Assembly: GCF_009914755.1 (NCBI RefSeq) | Contig: NC_060937.1 | DNA: 64,000 nucleotides | Origin: the human T2T-CHM13v2.0 reference genome, Homo sapiens | Direction: 5' to 3' (one strand) | Shown here: in pieces, positions 57,513 through 64,000 of the stretch | How the letters are laid out: each line of letters begins with the position of its first letter | Numbering within the stretch: position 1 is the stretch's first letter | Program-made: the position numbers and the translations under genes | The notes under the pieces: generated by a model | The model's input: the letters and a program-made list of their open reading frames with translations, nothing else | Databases searched by the model: none | What the model was told of the DNA's origin: nothing

Positions 57513-59395
57513 GAAGTTGGCTGGAATGTGATGACTTAAAAGGCCCATGTTCTGAAAGGCACAAGAAATTTGAAGTTCCTGCTTCAGAGATACATATTGT
57601 TATTTGGGAAAGAAAAATATCCCAAGTGACAGATAAAGAAGCTGCCTGCCTTCCACTTAAAAAGACTAATGACCAACACGCTCTCAGTAATGAGAAACCA
57701 GTATCTTCAACATCGTGTTCTGTGGGTGATGCTGCCTCAGCTGAAACAGCCTCAGTAACTCACCCTAAAGATATATCAGTTGCCCCTCGTACTCTTTCAC
57801 AGGACACAGCTGTAACTCATGGAGATCATTTACTTTCAGGTCCAAAAGGTTTGGTTGACAATATTTTACCTCTGACACTTGAAGAAACTATCCAGAAAAC
57901 AGCCTCAGTTTCACAGTTAAATTCTGAAGCTTTCCTGTTAGAAAATAAACCTGTAGCAGAAAATACAGGAATTCTCAAAACCAATACTTTGCTATCACAA
58001 GAATCACTAATGGCTTCTTCAGTATCAGCTCCATGTAATGAAAAGCTTATTCAAGACCAATTTGTGGACATAAGTTTTCCATCCCAAGTTGTAAATACAA
58101 ACATGCAGTCAGTACAGCTGAATACAGAAGATACTGTAAATACTAAATCTGTGAATAATACTGATGCTACTGGTCTTATACAGGGAGTGAAGTCAGTAGA
58201 AATTGAGAAGGACGCTCAGTTAAAACAATTCCTTACACCAAAAACTGAACAATTAAAACCAGAACGTGTCACATCTCAGGTATCTAATTTGAAGAAAAAA
58301 GAAACTACAGCAGATTCTCAAACCACAACATCTAAGTCATTACAGAATCAGTCTCTGAAAGAAAATCAGAAGAAGCCATTTGTGGGAAGTTGGGTTAAAG
58401 GCTTAATAAGCAGGGGTGCTTCTTTTATGCCACTCTGTGTTTCAGCTCATAATAGAAACACTATAACTGATTTACAACCTTCAGTTAAAGGGGTAAATAA
58501 TTTTGGTGGCTTTAAAACTAAAGGTATAAACCAGAAGGCCAGCCACGTATCCAAGAAAGCTCGTAAGAGTGCAAGTAAGCCTCCTCCCATCAGTAAGCCA
58601 CCAGCAGGCCCTCCATCGTCTAATGGCACAGCTGCCCACCCACATGCTCATGCTGCTTCAGAAGTTTTGGAAAAGTCTGGAAGCACCTCATGTGGAGCTC
58701 AACTCAACCACAGTTCTTATGGGAATGGTATTTCTTCAGCAAACCATGAAGACTTGGTGGAAGGTCAGATTCATAAACTTCGTCTAAAACTTCGTAAAAA
58801 GCTAAAGGCAGAAAAGAAGAAATTAGCTGCTCTTATGTCTTCCCCGCAAAGCAGAACAGTTCGAAGTGAAAATCTAGAACAGGTGCCCCAGGATGGGTCT
58901 CCAAATGATTGTGAATCAATAGAGGACTTGTTAAATGAGCTACCATATCCAATTGATATTGCCAATGAGTCTGCATGCACCACTGTTCCTGGTGTTTCCC
59001 TGTACAGTAGTCAAACTCATGAAGAAATTTTAGCGGAATTATTGTCTCCTACACCTGTTTCAACAGAGCTGTCAGAAAATGGGGAAGGTGACTTTAGGTA
59101 TTTGGGAATGGGAGATAGTCATATCCCACCACCAGTACCAAGTGAATTCAATGATGTTTCCCAGAACACACATCTGAGACAGGACCATAATTATTGTAGC
59201 CCCACCAAGAAAAATCCATGTGAAGTTCAGCCAGACTCTCTGACAAATAATGCCTGCGTTAGAACATTAAACTTGGAGAGTCCGATGAAGACTGATATTT
59301 TCGATGAGTTTTTTTCCTCCTCAGCATTAAATGCTTTAGCAAATGACACATTAGACCTACCTCATTTCGATGAATATCTGTTTGAGAATTATTGA
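57513..59395 (+). CDS. USPL1: USPL1 exon 9 coding part (Asp472 and long C-terminal tail) to TGA
   Basis: cttccag|GA AGT TGG (GSWLECDDLK) runs into the 589-aa ORF ending ...FDEYLFENY*. Coding exon lengths sum to 3279 nt = 1092 aa + stop. Confidence 0.97.
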
Positions 59396-59568
59396 ATTAA
59401 TGCTTGTTAACTTTTTTCATATAATATTTATTATTATTAGAAGAACTTACAATGTGTTCAGGTAGTGTTTATACACTGGACTTGTGTAATTACTTGTGTA
59501 ATAACCATGAACAAAATGCAAGGTTTAACCTTTGGTTCTGCCCATGAAGCATGTAATCTTTCTTACAC

Positions 59569-59574
59569 ATTAAA
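59569..59574 (+). terminator. Proximal polyadenylation signal (ATTAAA)
   Basis: ATTAAA about 175 nt after the stop, with several upstream TGTA motifs and a GT/T-rich tract downstream. Confidence 0.65.
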
Positions 59575-59727
59575 ATCACTGAATGTGTTCTCCTTTTTGG
59601 TTTCATTTTGTTCTTGTGAGAGTATGAGGATTTCAAAATGTTAAAGATGAAAAGTGGCGTCTAGTTTCTGACAGTTTGTACAGTTGGATGCATTACATTT
59701 TTAGATTTGAAGTTTTGGTTATGTTAG

Positions 59728-60550
59728 TGTTATGAGTGATCTTTGTGGTGGTTTTCTTCCCCTGGAAACCTGTTGCTCGTGGCGCTTTGCCCACGGTGCC
59801 CGAGTTCTTGTCCTGTGTCCAGATATGCAGACAAATGAAGGGTGAAGAAGAAGAAGAGGAGCTTTATTTAGTGTTAGAACAGCTCAGAAGGAGACCCACA
59901 GTGAGCAGCCCCCCTGTGTCGGCGGGCAGGTCGTCCCTCAAGTGTTCAGCTCTCAGCAGAGAAAAGGCCCTGGAGAGGGTGACTCCTCTCAGCTCTCAGC
60001 AGAGAAGCAGCCCTGGAGAAGGTAGCTTCTGTTCGCAGGCAGATTGTCCAGAGGTCCTGCTGCTCTCAGACGGGGCCCTGGAGAGGATAGCTTCTATCCA
60101 TAGGCAGGTTGTTCTGCCGTCTCTACAGGTCTCTGAAGCTCTTAGCAGAGAGGGTAGCTCCTCCCTGTTGCTGGTCGTCCCACCCTCTGCTCAGTTCTGG
60201 CTGAGCCTGGGGCATTTTACGGGCCTCGGGGGAGGAAGTGCATACTTACTGGCCTGGAAAAGGCACCAGTTCCCACTCCTACAGGTGGGACTGGCAGCCT
60301 GGCCCTCAGCCTTCAGGCCCTCCCTGTTCATGGCTTCCAGGCTTACCCCCCTGCTTTGATCTGAGAGCTGGTGCCAATAGCAGGGAGAAGCCAAGCTGCA
60401 GAGGCAAGCACTTCCGAGCCTGCAAAAGCAGGCCCCCAAAAGTGCAGGGATGCCTGAGTCTGCACCCGCACCCAGGAGGGTGGAGATCTTGCCTGCTCCA
60501 AGGCTGCAGCCGGAATGATAGCAGGCTGACTGGAGCACCTGCCACCATCA
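59728..60550 (-). mobile_element. ERV1 solo LTR (MER52/LTR1/LTR27-28-like), antisense within the extended USPL1 3'UTR
   Basis: Minus-strand termini TGAT...TAACA. 4-bp TSD TTAG (59724-59727 and 60551-60554). Minus-strand AATAAA at 59863-59868. Internal ctctcagcagag/ccctggagag repeats. Confidence 0.75.
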
Positions 60551-60772
60551 TTAGTTCAAGAGTTTATGCAGATTTAAGTTGTATACGGTATATGAATGTG
60601 TGACAGTTTTCCTTATGGTTGTGTGGCCTTCTGTAAGAGCCTACGCCTGTTTGTTACACCGGTAGAGTGCTGTGGAATGTAAACTTTCCCTATGTCACTT
60701 ATCTCCTTTATCTCTCCATACAGAGGAGGGCAAGAAACCTTGTTACTTGAACTTTAGTAATGTTAAGTGATC

Positions 60773-60790
60773 AATAAATCTATAAATAAA
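60773..60790 (+). terminator. Distal polyadenylation signals (two AATAAA)
   Basis: AATAAA at 60773 and 60785, followed by a T/GT-rich stretch near 60812-60830. Confidence 0.6.
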
Positions 60791-62403
60791 TGATAGCAGA
60801 AAAAAGTTACCTATTTTTGTGATGATGTACAAACTTTACATGTTATCACAAATACCATCTTTCTTCCCAAGACATTTACTTCTGTAACCAAAGTGGGACA
60901 CCATCTAACAGTTCTGTTTTGGGAGAGAGTAATAACCAGTGCTTGTGAGGCTTGTTAGATGTTGGTTGTGATATATGAGATAGATGTTATTTCATTTAGA
61001 CCTCAACATTCCTGTGCGTGAGATACTTTTATCACATCTTACAGATAAGGAGACTGTACTCATTCAGTTGTGGAGCTGAGATTGAGTAGAGTGGCTATTA
61101 CAGCAGTTGAGTGCTGAGCTTATCAATATATGTTCCACTCCTCAGGCTTCATTTAAAGTAGGATGCCCAAACAGCACCACTGCCGTAGAGATTTGAGTTA
61201 ACAGCAGTACTTACTGAGGTTTAAGGCTGGCAGCCAGTGTCCTTGCAGTAAAATTATTTGCTAGGGACTCAGTACTTCATAATCTATTTGTCAGATTTAC
61301 TCCTAAGCTTCTGTGTTGTTTTATTTTTTTTCTGACAAAAGTAGTGCATATTGTCAAGGAAAAACTAGGAAAATACCAAAAAAAAAGATTTTTGACCATG
61401 CATTTTAATACTTAGTGACTACAAACATTTTCCTATTTTATGCATATAGATTTTAAATAAACGTGAGATCCTATTGTATCTGTTTTAATGGATAAACATT
61501 GTTTCACTGTTTTAAGATTCTGAGGTGATTTATACTGTCTTGCCATTGTTAATTGCAGCAGTTAGCCTTGTTGATAAATTTTTGCATGGATCCAAGTTTT
61601 GTTTTCCAGGAGTGGAGTTGCTTGGTCAAAGGAAATGCACATTTAAGGTTTTTTGGTGATTGCATGACTGACTTCCCTGGGCCCTCGCCAACACTAGGTA
61701 GTAGTATTGGGAGGAAGGGGGGAACCAATCCTGGGTGCTCCAAGATTACTAGTGAGCCTGAACATTTTCTATAACTATTGTCCACTTGAGTTGTTGTTTT
61801 GTTTTTTTTTTGGTGGAGGCGGGGGTGGGTTTAAGAATTGCTTATCCTTTGCTTGTACTAATTATCTTTTCAACAAATATTTCTAGATTACTGCTAAGGA
61901 CCAAGCACTGTTATCAGCCTGAGATAAGGCAGCACACTAGAAGGAAATCCTTGCTCCTTTTGAGTTTGCCTTCCAAACATGGAGATGAATATATAATGTT
62001 AGGTAGTAATAGGAGATACATGCAGTTGATTCATGTCATTTGTAGTAGTTATGGTCAATAAAGTTGCCTTGAACACTGAATTAGTATAAACTGAAATACT
62101 GTTCCTAGGGGAAATAGGTTCCTGCTAGCCTGTGGTCATGAGATTTTTGTCAAACAATCACTATATAACCTTTTCTGTTTCTGTTTAAAGACATGTTATT
62201 TGATCTATATGGTTGATTCTTTACATTAACATGGCCAACAGCACTGTAACTCAGCCTGAACGAAGCTTATCTGACACATGGTGTTCTCCATAAGGCACAT
62301 CATAGCTTTCTGTGCTTAGGAACACTAGACGGCACTTCAGCACTGCACTTGAGGACGTTTTAAACAGTGAAATCAACAAAAAGCACAAAAAAATGCAACA
62401 ATA

Positions 62404-62958
<555 letters not shown>

Positions 62959-62960
62959 TT

Positions 62961-63276
62961 CTTTTTTTTTTTGGAGATGGAGTTTCACTCTTGTAGCCTA
63001 GGCTGGAGTGCAATGGCATGATCTCGGCTCACTGCAACCTCCGCCTCCCGGGTTCAGCCTCCACCTCCCGGGTTCAAGCGATTCTCCTGCCTCAGCCTCC
63101 CGAATAGCTGGGATTACAGGCTTGCACCACCATGCCCGGCTAATTTTTGTATTTTTAGTACAGACGGGGTTTCACCATGTTGGCCAGGCTAGCCTCGAAC
63201 TCCTGACCTCAGGCAATCCACCCACCTCAGCCTCTCAAAGTGCTGGGATTACAGGCGTGAGCCACCGCGCCCGGCC
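62961..63276 (-). mobile_element. Alu (S-type) with a short internal tandem duplication
   Basis: TSD gaggactgattctt. The segment cctccgcctcccgggttca is repeated. Confidence 0.9.
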
Positions 63277-63487
63277 GAGGACTGATTCTTATGTCAGATG
63301 GCACTAAATGCTATGGAGAAGAGGAGTGGATGAGAGGGAGAAGTATTTTAGACCAGGTAGACTTGGAAGGTTTCTTGGAGGTGGGTGATGTTTGAGAAGA
63401 GGCTTCAATAAAGTTAGGGAGCTCGCCATGTGATTGCAGGAAGAGCGTTCCAGGAGAACAAAAGTCATGAAGAGTGAGTGCTAGGCA

Positions 63488-63782
63488 TGTGTCTGGTCTG
63501 TTTGGGCTGCTATAACAAAATACCTTAGACTGGGTAAAATGTATAAATAATAGAAGTGTATTGCTTATAGTTCTAGAAGCTGGGAAGTCCAAGATCAAGG
63601 TATCAGCACATTCTGGTGAAAGCTGCTCTGCTTCATGGCTGGTTCTCTCACTGTCCTCACATGGCATAAGAGGGGCACAGAGCCCTCAACCGTCTCTCCA
63701 GTGGCCCCATCTCTTAGTACTGTTGGATTGGGGATTTAGACTTCACTAATTTTGGGGGGACACAAACATTGAGACCACAGCA
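63488..63782 (-). mobile_element. MLT1A/MST-type MaLR LTR inside an L2
   Basis: tttgggctgctataacaaaatacc...ctgggaagtccaagatcaagg...gacacaaacatt. Confidence 0.75.
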
Positions 63783-64000
63783 GCATGACTGAGGATAAGC
63801 AAGAGGCCAGTGTGGTTGAGCAGAGTGATCAGTGAAGGAGAGTTAGGACATGAGTAAAGAGGCTAGCAGACACCAGATCTCATATGGCTTTGTAGGCCAT
63901 AGTGAGGACTTTGTTTAAGCTGAGAATAATAGATAACCTCAGGAAAGTTTCAGGCAAGAGGGTAACATGATCTGATCTGGGTTTTAAAAGGATCACTGAA

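Noticed and set aside
59736-60359. 207-aa ORF downstream of USPL1 and overlapping ORFs to 60603
   Set aside because: Non-ATG start, lies inside a GC-rich LTR with internal repeats, and shows no recognisable domain. Best explained as a chance open frame.

Overview
This is human (primate) genomic DNA, about 40% GC and rich in Alu, L1, L2, MIR, LTR and DNA-transposon repeats. It contains the whole USPL1 gene (SUMO-specific isopeptidase) on the + strand: a non-coding exon 1 and 8 coding exons. I spliced these by hand into a 3279-nt ORF (1092 aa) with an intact C236/H456/D472 catalytic triad. A CpG-island promoter at about 17.4-18.1 kb looks bidirectional. The minus strand carries candidate first-exon donors that match my recollection of the distal HMGB1 leader at 13q12.3, but HMGB1 coding sequence is not in the window. 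I see no prokaryote-type system such as CRISPR and no new protein-coding gene. The most unusual signals are: (i) several short-range templated insertions and duplications, one of ~430 bp with an 8-bp target duplication and a junction filler in exact telomerase register; (ii) an Alu-L1 chimeric retrocopy; (iii) uORF architecture on both sides of the promoter; (iv) a candidate HCF-1-binding DHNY motif in the USPL1 tail; (v) an antisense ERV1 LTR between two poly(A) signals. Repeat family names and repeat boundaries were assigned by eye and are approximate.
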